Under the pieces are notes generated by a model. The model made no database searches and was not told the DNA's origin. It saw only the letters and a list, made by a program, of their open reading frames with translations. A stretch of 64,000 bases of DNA from NCBI RefSeq assembly GCF_001447785.1, contig NW_015162030.1:127895-191894 (forward strand), given 5' to 3'. Numbering within the stretch: the stretch's first letter is position 1; every line of letters starts with the position of its first letter. Source of the DNA: Gekko japonicus (taxonomy: Eukaryota). A program made the translations under genes and the position numbers. Positions 50,981 through 62,850 of the stretch are shown one piece after another.

Positions 50981-52871
50981 CATCTGCGCGGGCTCGTATG
51001 TCCTTCTGTCCCAGGCTGCTGCTGCTGCTGGCGGGACTGGCCCCTGTCTCCGCCACAGCTGAAGGAAACGGCTGCTCAAGGCCCTCCCGGCACCGCAAGT
51101 CCTTTCTGGAGGCGCCCCCTCCTTGCTCGGGGCTGCGGCTGAGGGGGTGGAGCAGGGGCAGGGGAGGGAGACTCTGGCTGTGTCGGCCCCGGTCCTCCAG
51201 GAAGACAGAGCTGCCTTTCTGGTATTCGGGGACAGGGGTGAACTCGAGGGAAGAGTCCCTGCTGGCCCGAAGCGGGGGAGAGGAGCCCGTCTTCTTCCGG
51301 CCCTTGGCCAGCTCGGCAAAGGAAGTGACCCGCTTGGGGGGGGAGCCCTGGGCGGCCAGGGCAGAGCTGTCGCTCAGCTTGACCGGGCAGCTCATCATGC
51401 GCTCCAGCGAGCCCAGCCGGCCGGTGGGGCTCCGGTCCAGGTTGCGGTCGTAGCTGCGGGAACGCTGCCTCCCGCCGGCGAGGGTGGGGGGGGAGACGTT
51501 GACGTAAACCTGCCCCTCGATGGCATTCCCCTCGGCTGCCTCCCCCCGCGAGCCTCCCCTGCTGGAGTCCTCGGTGTCGCTGCTCTCCTCCTCCGGCGGG
51601 GCCTGAGGCCTCTGGAACAGGTAGTACTCAGTGGGCTGGAGGGGGCTGGCCTTGGTGTGCTCCTCCGAGCAGCTGGTGATGGAGGAGCCGGCCGGGCTGG
51701 GGGAGGACTGGGAAGACAGGTCGCAGGTGACCAGCTTGTAGTAGTTCTGGGTGGCCACCACCAGCCGTGCTTGGCTCTGGAAGCAGGCGGTGAGGTCGGA
51801 GCCCTCCGAGGCGCAGGGCTCGCACGGGGGCAGGTAGGAATTGCAGTTGGCATCCAGGACGGGCGAGGACGGGTGGTGGCACCCGCAGGCCTTCCCGGAC
51901 CCCTCCAGGTGGTGCGTCTTGCAGGACACCTTCGGCTCCACGGGCGATGAGTGCAAGTCCAGATAAAAGGCCCCCGTGTCCGAGTGGCTGTCCGAGGAAG
52001 AGTCGCATGACAGGTTGGCAGAGTTCAGGTTGGAGTGGGCGTGGCCGTTCATCTTGCGGTAGAGGGCGCTGAAGTTCACCAGCACCCCGTCGGAGCTGTT
52101 GCAGGACGAGTCGCTGATGTCGCCCATCTGCTGGTCCGCCGGCTCAGAGTGGCTGGAGAGGCTGTGGCACCGGCAGCGCTGCAGCTCGGAACTGGAGCAG
52201 CTGCACGTCCGGCTGCGCCCCGCCTCCTGGCCGGGCAGCAGCTCGTCGGGGTCACTGGCCCAGTCCTGCTCGAAGGAGAAGCTGGAGGAGTCCCCCCCTC
52301 GCGGGCAGCCGTACTCGTCCAGCTCCATGCAGTCTGAGGCCAGGCGGCTCTTCTTCCGGGCGCCGTCGCCGGCCAGCTCGTCTTCTTGGCCCTCTGCGAC
52401 GTCCAAGCGGCTGCTGGCGCTCCAGGCCTTCACGACGGGCTTGGTGTCGTGCAGGCGGAAGGGCGGCAGGGCCAGCTCGTGCAGGTGGAAGGTGGCCTTG
52501 CCACCGTGGAGGTGGAATGACGTCTGTCCTGGGTCATCTTCGTAAAGGTCNNNNNNNNNNNNNNNNNNNNNNNNNNNNNNNNNNNNNNNNNNNNNNNNNN
52601 NNNGCTTCCCTTCTTTGTCCTCCGCCGTCTCCGCCGGGGCCAGGTCTGTGTCTGAAGCCTGGCGGAAGCTGCTGTAGACCAGGGAGTCGGTCTGTGAGAG
52701 GTCCCACTCGGGGAGGGAGGTGGTGCAGGCGACGCCCACCTCGGGCGGGCAGAAGGGGTTGGTCCGCTGGGTGGTGCTGCAGCACTGTCGGTCAGGGACC
52801 TGGCAGTGCACCAGGGGAATGTGGTGGACAATCAGGGTTTCACCAGTCAGCTTCGGGGGGCTATCCATCAT
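50981..52871 (-). CDS. RUSC2: RUSC2 (Iporin) first coding exon, large low-complexity N-terminal region; contains N-gap 52551-52603
   Basis: Translation (M)[30 protein letters not shown]...[34 protein letters not shown]...RARADG matches recalled human RUSC2. ATGs at 52871 and 52868; donor G|GTAAGG at 50981/50980 (phase 1); likely acceptor CCAG| at 52986 giving a 5'UTR part. Confidence 0.97.
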
Positions 52872-55800
52872 CGGCAAAGCTCTCCACGACCCCTGCTGCT
52901 GCTGCTGCTACACCCCAGCTACCCATGGAAGGACCGTGATGGGCAGGAGACACCCCGAAAGCATAGGCAGGAAGGCACTCGGAGACCTGGATGGAGACAA
53001 GAAGCAACAGAAGGCGTTACCAGCCTGGAAGGAAACAAAAATGTGTTCAAGCAAATGGTCCAGACTTGGCTGCCACTCCACCCAGAACTCTTGACAGCAC
53101 AATGGGGAAGGGGTGCAAGAGATTTGGCAGTCAAACAGCACCATGACAAATTCTTGCAATTTTCTGACTTTGTTTTTATACATGTGGCCGAAGAGCATTT
53201 ATAAACATACTTTGAGAAACCTCTATAACCGGGGTGTCAAGCATGCGGCCCATGGGCCAGATCCGGCCCTCACAGGGCTCATATCTGGTCTTCAAGCAAC
53301 TGGCTCTTTTCTGCTTCCTTCCTTCTCTCTCCTGCTTCCTTCTGCATCACAGCTTGCTTTGCCAGGCTCTCTCAATTGCAGAAGAGCTACAGAGCAAGGC
53401 CTCTTTTCCCTCCATTGGCTGAGGCTCCTCCCCCCCTTCTCCTCCCTTGAGGGGGAGGGAGGAAGAGAGTGAGAGCTTGCTTTGCCAGGCTCTCTCAATC
53501 GCACAGCAGAGCTACTGAGCCGTGCCTCTCTTTCCTCCATTAGCTGAGGCTCCTCCCCCTCCTCATTCCCTGGGGGGGGAGTGAAAGAGTGACAGCTCTC
53601 TTTGCCCAGTCCCCTCTCCCCACATGTGAGAGATACAAAAGATACAAAGCACCTTTAGGACCAACAAAGTTTTATTCAAGGTATGAGCTTTTTGCCTTTC
53701 TACAGAGAGAAAGTGTGTGTGTGTGTTTTGTTGAGCTTGTTATGCCAGGGCTCTCCTGGGTGCAACTGGGTTTTCCTCCTGTTTTTCACTGTACTCATCC
53801 CCTCATGATCCAGTCTTTCTCAGTAGGAGAGCAATGTGAACTATAGATGAGGAATAACAACAAGCCCAAGAGGTGAATTAGGCTGAGAGTGTGTGTCCAG
53901 ACCAAGTTCATCTTGTTTTATAGATTGGGGATTTTGAACTTAGCCTTCCCAGATAGTAGGCTGACACTGACCACCAAACTTTCCTATCTCTCTATTCTTG
54001 CACTGCCTCATAGGAGTTGTGGTTATTTCTCTGGGGAAGACTATAGTTTTGTAGACAAACACATAGCCCTCAGTCTGTGTCATGGTGCCTTCACATGTTC
54101 TTGACCAGCGCATGAAGTGACTCCTGTACAAAAGCTTGCAATGCCCAGCCATTTCATCCTTTCCCCCGGATCATTTGTACTCAAGCTTTTATGCTCTGCC
54201 CTTTTTAATGACAGCTTTTATTGGCATGTTTTATTGACTTTGTTCTTATTGTTTTTACTGCTCTTTGTCTCGTTTTTACTGTTGTTTGTCCTCATAGATT
54301 CAGATGGGTAGCCATGTTGGTCTGAAGCAACAGAGCAAAGTTTGAGTCCAGTAGCACCTTTAAGACCAAAAAACTGTAGGTATGAGCTTTCGTGTGCGTG
54401 CATCTTGTATCTGAAGAAGTGTGCATGCATAGGAAAACGTATACCCCAAATTGGTCTTTGTTGGTCTTAAAGTTGCCCCTAGACTCAAACTTTGTTCTGT
54501 TGCCCTCACAGAGTTCCCCTCTGAGGCAGAAGATGCCTGCAGTCTGTCCTGGAGAATAGATTTAAACACTGGGCTGAAAGGCAAAAGAGCTCTTCCTGTG
54601 GGACTCGGCACAGGGTCTTGCGTAAACTGCACTGCAAGTCACACAAGGCACCCATGCAGGCATCGTCTGCACGCCAGAGATCCACAGCCCTTGCAGATCT
54701 TGTGCCGAGACGGTAATCAAACCCAGGGAGGTGCTTTTCACAGGCTGCTGCACAGACCCCCAAACCAGTGCCAAACTGCCAGCCCCACATCTCTGGGTCC
54801 TGAGCTATGGGGGGGGGGATGACAAATCCAAAGGGACAAACTGAACACTCATGAAGCCACCTGATGCCGAATCAGTCCATGTAACACCAGAATTGCCCAC
54901 TCAGACGGATAGCAGCTCTCCAGGGCCTCAGAGAGAGAAATGCCTTTCGTCTGACCACCCAGCTTGGCCATTTCAACTTGAGATGCTGCCGGGAACTGTA
55001 CCAGGGACCTTCTGCAGGCAACACAGATGCTTTGCCACTGAGCTATGGCCCCTTGCTGATATCCAAGCCAGTGTCCCGCTGCACCCTCAAGCCAAGACGC
55101 GGCAGGAGCCGATGCTCCGGATGGGGTCCACCCCAGCACAACCCCAAGCTGGGCAGCTGCCACCACGGCCCATGGCTTCTGGCGGGCCCCATGGGATGCG
55201 GATCCCCTGGCTACGCCCCTTCTCTGACGCCTGCCTGCGAGCGCATTGTCACCTCTGCTCCCAGCTGCATGTGGTGCCGAGGAAGAGGAAGAAGAAGGAG
55301 AAGAAGGAGGAGAAGGAGGAGAAGGAGGAGGAGGAGGAGGAGGAGGNNNNNNNNNNNNNNNNNNNNNNNNNNNNNNNNNNNNNNNNNNNNNNNNNNNNNN
55401 NNNNNNNNNNNNNNNNNNNNNNNNNNNNNNNNNNNNNNNNNNNNNNNNNNNNNNNNNNNNNNNNNNNNNNNNNNNNNNNNNNNNNNNNNNNNNNNNNNNN
55501 NNNNNNNNNNNNNNNNNNNNNNNNNNNNNNNNNNNNNNNNNNNNNNNNNNNNNNNNNNNNNNNNNNNNNNNNNNNNNNNNNNNNNNNNNNNNNNNNNNNN
55601 NNNNNNNNNNNNNNNNNNNNNNNNNNNNNNNNNNNNNNNNNNNNNNNNNNNNNNNNNNNNNNNNNNNNNNNNNNNNNNNNNNNNNNNNNNNNNNNNNNNN
55701 NNNNNNNNNNNNNNNNNNNNNNNNNNNNNNNNNNNNNNNNNNNNNNNNNNNNNNNNNNNNNNNNNNNNNNNNNNNNNNNNNNNNNNNNNNNNNNNNNNNN

Positions 55801-56653
55801 NNNNNNNNNNNNNNNNNNNNNNNNNNNNNNNNNNNNNNNNNNNNNNNNNNNNNNNNNNNNNNNNNNNNNNNNNNAGAGATTGGATTTATACCCCGCCCTT
55901 CACTACCCAAAGGAGTCTCAGAGCGGCTTACAAACTCCTTCCCCTCCCCATAACACGCACCCCTGTGAGGGCGGGTGGGGCCGAGAGAGCTCTTGAGAGA
56001 ACTGCTCTTGAGAAAACAGCTCTGACAGAACCATGGCTTGCCCAAGGTGGAGGAGTGGGGAATCAAACTCGGTTCTCCCAGCTTAGAGTCTGCTCACTTA
56101 ACCACGACACCAAACTACTACACTACACACTTAACCACTACAGGAGCCCTGCTGGAGAGAGGCATGTGCGGGGGGTCCCCCACAAAGCACTGGTGTTCCC
56201 GGTGGCCACGGCAGAGACACTCCTCGCTACACCCACCGCCCACCACCATCAGGGAGCGAGTGGGCATAGGAAGGGTGCACAAGCAAGTGGGGGGTGGTGA
56301 GAGAAAGGGCCGGAGAGCGGGCATAGGGGGGCCCCGGGCACTGTCTCGCGTCTGGGCCGGAGCCCACTTTGTCAGGTGGTCTCAGAAAGGAGGGGGAGGG
56401 GGAGGGGGGAGGGCAACAGGCCATGCCCCCCCCCGTCACCCTTTTGGCCTCGACCCGCCCTGGACAAGCCCCCCCTTCCGGCCTTGTTTCCTCGCAGCCT
56501 CTCTCCTCCACCGAAGGCCGCATCCCTCCCTGTGATGCTAACTCACCCTGCCGCTCTCCTCCTCCTGGGGGGCCTGGGGAGGCCAGTCCTCTTTCCTGCC
56601 CAGCCCTGGAGTGACCAGAGAGTTGCTGCGGCTGCCAGAATGCCATCTCCCCT

Positions 56654-56684
<31 letters not shown>

Positions 56685-58489
56685 AGTGGCTGCCAGCAGC
56701 ACCCTGCGGTGCTGCGGGGGGGGGGGGGGGGGGGGGGAAGACCCTCCCGCCACCACCTTGCAAAAGCAGCCCCCCCCCCCGGCTCCACTCCCCAGATCCC
56801 TCCTCCCCAGGGGAAATTACCGAGCGGCGACTGTCCCCGTTCATGGGCGGAATCCTGGCAGAGTTCTACCCAGAACAAAGAGCCCTTGTGTGCCACCAGT
56901 GGCAGAGAGCCCTTGAGGCCCCGTTCCTGTCCAACTGCCGAGGCCAGACTCCACACACCACTTGGGGTGGGAGGGAAGATGGATTAGGGCCATGACACTG
57001 CTGGGGGGAGAGAGTTTCTTCCCTCTTCATTGCCAGTATGGTGTCGTGGCTTGGTGCGCAGACTCTAATCTGGGAGAACCGGGTTTGATTCCCCACTCCT
57101 CCACTTGCACCTGGCTGGATGGCCTTGGGTCAGTCACAAGCTCTGTCAGAGCTGTCCTTGAAAAAGAGCCGTTTCTGTCAAGAGCTCTCCCAGCCCCACC
57201 CACCTCACAGGGTGTCTGTTGTGGGGGAGAGGAAGGGAAAGGAGTTTGTCAGCCGCTCTGAGACTCCTTTGGGTAGTGAAGGGCGGGGCATAAATCCAAT
57301 CTCCTCCTCCTCCTCCTCCTCTTCTTCCTCTTCATGGACTGAAAATGCCCCCCTCCCCAGCCGCTTGCAGCCCCAATGAGGAAGAAGACAGATCCCCCCC
57401 AGCCGGTATGAGGCTTAAAGCAGTACCCGGGGTGGGGTGGGGGGTATTTTCACAGGTCTCAGTCTGCAACACAGAGATCTGGGGTCCCTATAGGGGAATT
57501 TCCTGGCTGCCCACGAGTGACCAGGATCCACCCAAAGGAGTGGCCACCCCCACCGCCTCGCCGACTCACAGCTGCATGCTCGCAGCCCCCATCTTGGGGA
57601 AGGGCCCGCTCGAGGAGGTTAGAGAGACACGCCCCCAACCCTGTCCTTCGACAAATCATGTTTTTAAAAAGAGAGAGTTGTTCAGGAGTGCCTTGGGAGA
57701 ACGGTAATAACAGGGCTACACTCCAGGGGTGGCCGAACTTGCTTAACGTCAGAGCCACATAGAAAAAAGTCAGATTTTGAGAGCCACATGCCATGAACAA
57801 CTATTACACGTTTTTAATTGGGAAATATGCAAATGTGCATTTCATGAACATTAAACGAGACTGCCGAAAATAATAACAAAAGCGGTAAAAGCGGGTATTG
57901 ATAATGGTATTTCTTTGTCCAATGGTATTTGTCTGCTAACGACATTTCGCTTCGCCAGCTGCCCTTCTGGGAGCTGCGCAACATGGGTGAAAGAGCCGCA
58001 TGTGGCCACCCCTCAGCTATACTACAACAAACTTAGAGTCCAACGGCACCTTTAAGACCAACCATTTTTTATTCAAGGTGTGAGCTTTCGTGTGCAAGGC
58101 ATCCAGGAGGTACTATCAGTTCACGGCACGTGTTCCTCTCCTGTCCTTCCATTGTTTTTGTTATGTACATGGACCGCCACCAGGGGTCCGCGGCACATGC
58201 AGGAGCTTGGCTCCTGGAACAAAGGAAACTTTGGATCCTGGTTTCCCCCAGCCCCAACCAATAGCCACTTGGCGGGACATTCAAACCCTCCAAAGGGAAT
58301 AGGGGGTGCTGGGTGGATATGTATATAGTTGGCCCTGTCGGGCCGTTACAGTTAGTCTTGTGTTAAGTACAATAAACGTGTGCAACCGCATGTCGTCGTC
58401 TGAGTCCTCCATGCGGCGAACCCAGTACTTTTCAGTTTTCTACTGGTGTGATACCATTTCCCTTCATTGTAGCCACACTCTGTATCAGT

Positions 58490-59372
58490 GAACATAGGAA
58501 CATAAGAGATGCCATTGTTGGATCAGGCCAAAGGCCCATCCAGTCCAACACTCTGTGTCACACAGTGGCCAGAAATACCAGGGGCCATCAGGAGGTCCAG
58601 CAGTGGGGCCAGGACACTAGAAGCCCTCCCACTGTTGCCCCCCCCCAGCCCCACCAAGAATACAGAGCATCACCTGCCCCAGCCTGAGAGTTCCTATAAG
58701 AACATAAGATAAACCAATGTTGGATCAGGCCAATGGCCCATCCAGTCCAAAACTCTGTCTTCCCCTCCCTACAACAGACACCCTGTAGGTGGGGCTGAGA
58801 GAGCTCTCTTGAGAACTGCCCTTGAGAGAACAGCTCTGAAAGAACTGACCCAAGGTCACACCAGCAGCTGCACGTGGAGGAGTGGGGAATCAAACTAAAG
58901 CCCTCCCACTGTTGCCCCCCCCAAGCACCAAGAAGACAGAGCATCACTTGCCCCAGACATAAGAACATCAGAGACGTCAATGTTGGATCAGGCCAATGGC
59001 CCATCCAGTCCAACACTCTGTGTCACACAGTGGCCAGAAATACCAGGGGCCATCAGGAGGTCCAGCAGTGGGGCCAGGACATTAGAAGCCCTCCCACTGT
59101 TGCCCCCCCCCAAGCACCAAGAAGACAGAGCATCACTTGCCCCAGATATAAGAACATCAGAGACGTCAATGTTGGATCAGGCCAATGGCCCATCCAGTCC
59201 AGCACTCTGTGTCACACAGTGGCCAGAAATACCAGGTTCCATGAGGAGGCCCAGCAGTGGGGCCAGGACACTAGGAGCCCCCCCACACACACTCTGTTGC
59301 CCCCTCCCCCCAAGCACCAAGAAGACAGAGCATCACTTGCCCCAGAGTCCCTATCTATACCTTGTGGCTAAT
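58490..59372 (-). repeat. Tandem CR1 3'-end units interrupted by a Squam3 fragment
   Basis: AAGAACAT...TGTTGGATCAGGCCAATGGCCC restarts at ~58490, 58697, 58960 and 59149. Confidence 0.8.
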
Positions 59373-60145
59373 AGCCTTCTCAGTCGTGGCACCAAAACTC
59401 TAGAACTCTCCTTCAGGGAGATTTGTCTCCTCACTTCTGTAGCCACCTTCTGCCTTTTTTCTTTCATTTGGTGTTCCCCCAATGATCTCTCCTTTTGCGT
59501 GTGTGCGCGCCCATGCCTGGAAGACATGGTGACCTCTGGCGACTCCTACTGGGGCACGGAGGACTTTCAGAGAAGTGACTTGATAGCCGGCCTCGGCCTC
59601 CCGGCCCTGGTATTCCTTGCAGGTCTCCCTTCCAAATACTTGCCAGAGAGAGCCAGTCTGGTGTCGTGGTTAAGTGCGCGGCCTCTAATCTGGGAGAACC
59701 GGGTTTGATTCCCCACTCCTCCTCCACTTGCACCTGGCTGGATGGCCTTGGGCAAGCCGTAGTTCTGACAAGAGCTGTCCTTGAAAAAGAGCAGTTTCTG
59801 TCAGAGCTCTCTCAGCCCCACCGACCTCGCAGGGGGTGTCTGTTGTGGGGAGGGGAAGGGGAAGGAGCTTGTAAGCCGCTCTGAGACTCCTTTGGGTAGT
59901 GAAGGGCCATGGGGTACGAATCCAACCTCTTCTTCTTCTTCTTAGCTTCCGAGATCAGACAAGATCGGGCTTGTCTGGGCTATCCAGGGCAGGGCAACGA
60001 TCTCTCTTTCTTAATCAATGTTTTTATGCTTTGTGGGTACTTGAACTGTCTTGTAGGCATTTTGTTTTTTGTAGGCATAAGTCTGTTTTTTAACTCTTCT
60101 TAAAGTTCAATATGTTGCCGAAGGCTTTCACGGCCGGAGTTCAGT

Positions 60146-60254
60146 AGCTGTTGCAGATTTTCCAGGTTGTACGGCCATGGTCTTGGCATTGTAGGACCTG
60201 ACGTCCTACAATGCCAAGACCACGGCCATACAACCCGGAAAATCTGCAACAGCT
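60146..60254. repeat. 52-bp-arm hairpin, Penelope-like
   Basis: 60146-60197 pairs with 60203-60254 with few mismatches; preceded by GCCGAAGGCTTTCACGGCCGG. Confidence 0.75.
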
Positions 60255-60528
60255 CATCTTAAAGTTGTTCGAATGATGTATGTGCTTCTATGTTTTTAAT
60301 TATAATGGCTTTATAATGTCATTTCATCTTGCATGTTTTAAATTTTTAGCTGCCTTAATGGCCCCTTTCAAGAGCAGAAAGGTGGGATATAAACTTTGTT
60401 ACTAAAATAAATGAATAAATGTCTGGAAATGGCGGTGGGCTGGATGAGGACCGCTAGATTTAGGCTCAGTCCAGTCAAGGGGGAGGTGTTGCTGGTTGCC
60501 AACACTGCCCGGGAGGGAGGGAGGAGTT

Positions 60529-61243
60529 GGCCTGCTTGAGGTGGGATTGCATTCCCCCTTAAGGAGCAGGTGTACAGTGTCGGGGTGCTAGTCCCTGCCT
60601 TCAGAGTGGCATCCTTGCTCTGATCTGCATCAGACTACTGCAATGTGTTTCACGTGGGGCTGCCCTTGAAGACTGCTTTGGGGTTCCCAGGGCAGCAGCG
60701 GGATTGCCACCCATCCTAAATTGCAGGGAGGACCAGAGGCCCACCGCCCACCCACTCATTCCTGGGCTCAGTTCCAGCTGCCGGTCGGGTTCTTGCCTTA
60801 AAAGCCCCAGGTGGTCCAGGGCTCAAGTGCTCAAAGGGCCCACTGTGGCCACGCAGGCCTGTCCGTGGGTCTCCAGACAAGGGGTCGGCCTGCTCGAGGT
60901 GGGATTGCATTCCCCCTTAAGGGGCAGGTGTACAGTGTCGGGGTGCTAGTCCCTGCCTTCAGAGAGGTATCCCTGCTCTGATCGTATCCGCATCAGACTA
61001 CTGCAATGTGTTTCACGTGGGGCTGCCCTTGAAGACTGCTTTGGGGTTCCCAGGGCAGCAGCGGGATTGCCACCCATCCTAAATTGCAGGGAGGACCAGA
61101 GGCCCACCGCCCACCCACTCATTCCTGGGCTCAGTTCCAGCTGCCGGTCGGGTTCTTGCCTTAAAAGCCCCAGGTGGTCCAGGGCTCAAGTGCTCAAAGG
61201 GCCCACTGTGGCCACGCAGGCCTGTCCGTGGGTCTCCAGACAA
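60529..61243 (+). repeat. Direct tandem duplication (~360 bp x2) of a decayed L2-like segment
   Basis: Units start at 60529 and 60887; contains DYCNVFHVGLPLKT, an L2 RT-like motif. Confidence 0.85.
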
Positions 61244-61606
61244 GGCCCTGCTTCCTGGACCCCCCACCGCCCTCGGAGGGGAGGCGGAGGGGGAGGAGCC
61301 TCTCGGGCTGAGGTGCTGCAGCTCCCCTGCCGCTGGAGTGTGCCGGGCTGCCTCACGCCAGGTTTAGTCCCGGACTGATTGTGCCTTCGACTTCCAAGAC
61401 GATTTATTCTTCTGCGTTCTTGACTTCTGCTGTTACTTCCAAGACCTCAAGTTTAAGGTTTGGCGGGACCCCAACGTTTTGGAAGCGGCGATTGTTCGGT
61501 ACTTTGCATTGCTGGTTCTCTGAGGTATTTTTATACCTTTGGCTATTTATTGCATTAATTTTTTTACTAAACCAAAATAGGACCCACGGTAAGTAGGAAA
61601 TACCAG

Positions 61607-62850
61607 AAATCAGCAAATACCGTGCTACAGACGATTATAAAATATCTCAAATAATGTTTATATACTTTTTTTTGTATTTTTACAATTTATTCATCATATA
61701 TTATTTAACATATAAGCCTTAATACATAGAAAGAATAACCTATATATCTAATACCAAACATGCCCCCTGCGTGTGGATACTCATTTCCGCACATCGGGGG
61801 CACCTGGGGGGGAGGGAGATGTTTGTGCACACTTGGGGCAGTCCCCAGGTGTGCACAAAAATCTAAAAACCCGGAAAAAATATCGGGGGAATACTTAAAN
61901 NNNNNNNNNNNNNNNNNNNNNNNNNNNNNNNNNNNNNNNNNNNNNNNNNNNNNNNNNNNNNNNNNNNNNNNNNNNNNNNNNNNNNNNNNNNNNNNNNNNN
62001 NNNNNNNNNNNNNNNNNNNNNNNNNNNAAAACATCTAAGTATCGTCTCTTAATACAAGGGAGTCGTTACCGGCTAAATATCAGGAGGAACTTCCTAACTG
62101 TAAGAGTGGTTGAGCAGTGGAACAGACTGCCTTGGGAGGTGGTGGATGCTCCTCCACTGGATGTTTTCAAGCGGAGGCTGGACGACCCTCTTTTGGGTAT
62201 ATTGTAGTTATGTAGGGCTCTTTTTCAGCTATGCTCCTGCAGAGTACAGGGGGTTGGACTAGATGACCTGCAAAGTCCCTTCCAACTCTAACATTCTATG
62301 AGTCTATGAGTATAATCACAAAAGATATTGCACAACCCCTTTATTAATTTCAGTCCTCCTTAATTATACCAAAGCTTTAAGAGGGAGGACTCCTTTAAGT
62401 CTATTTTCACTTTGGAAGAAGCTTTGAGCTCACTAACAGAGACTTTTTGCAGCATTCATTGAAAAATTTGGATGAATATTTTGGTATTTGGCAACCTTGT
62501 GCTTGGAAATATCTGTTGAACTCCCTGAGGAAGGCACTGAAACAGGAGGATAGCTGGACCTCTGTTGGAGGAAGACTGAGCACTTATTCAAAACAGACCT
62601 AAAGGAGTCCTCCCTCTTAAAGCTTTGGTATAATTAAGGAGGACTGAAATTAACAAAGGGGTTGTGCAATATCTTTTGTGATATATTAAGAGACGATACT
62701 TAGATGTTTTGATACGTGATTCTTTCTATGTATTAAGGCTTATATGATAAATAATATATGGTAAATAAATTGTAAAAATATAAAACAAAAAATATATTAA
62801 AATTATTTGAGATATTTTATAATCGTCTGTAGCACGGTATTTGCTGATTT
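61607..62850. repeat. Long AT-rich inverted repeat (~260-bp arms), left arm split by two insertions
   Basis: Right arm 62590-62850 matches 61607-61745 + 62028-62054 + 62313-62407 in reverse complement. Confidence 0.85.
62055..62310 (+). mobile_element. CR1 LINE 3' fragment
   Basis: TGGAACAGACTGCC...GGGGTTGGACTAGATGACC...CCCTTCCAAC...ATTCTATGAGTCTATGA. Confidence 0.88.

Noticed and set aside
54849-56300. Long ORFs spanning N-runs (also 18543-19954 and 38727-39883)
   Set aside because: Their length comes from gaps that contain no stops.
56716-56737. Long G/C homopolymers as functional G-quadruplexes
   Set aside because: Ubiquitous across the window and error-prone in assembly; nothing singles them out.
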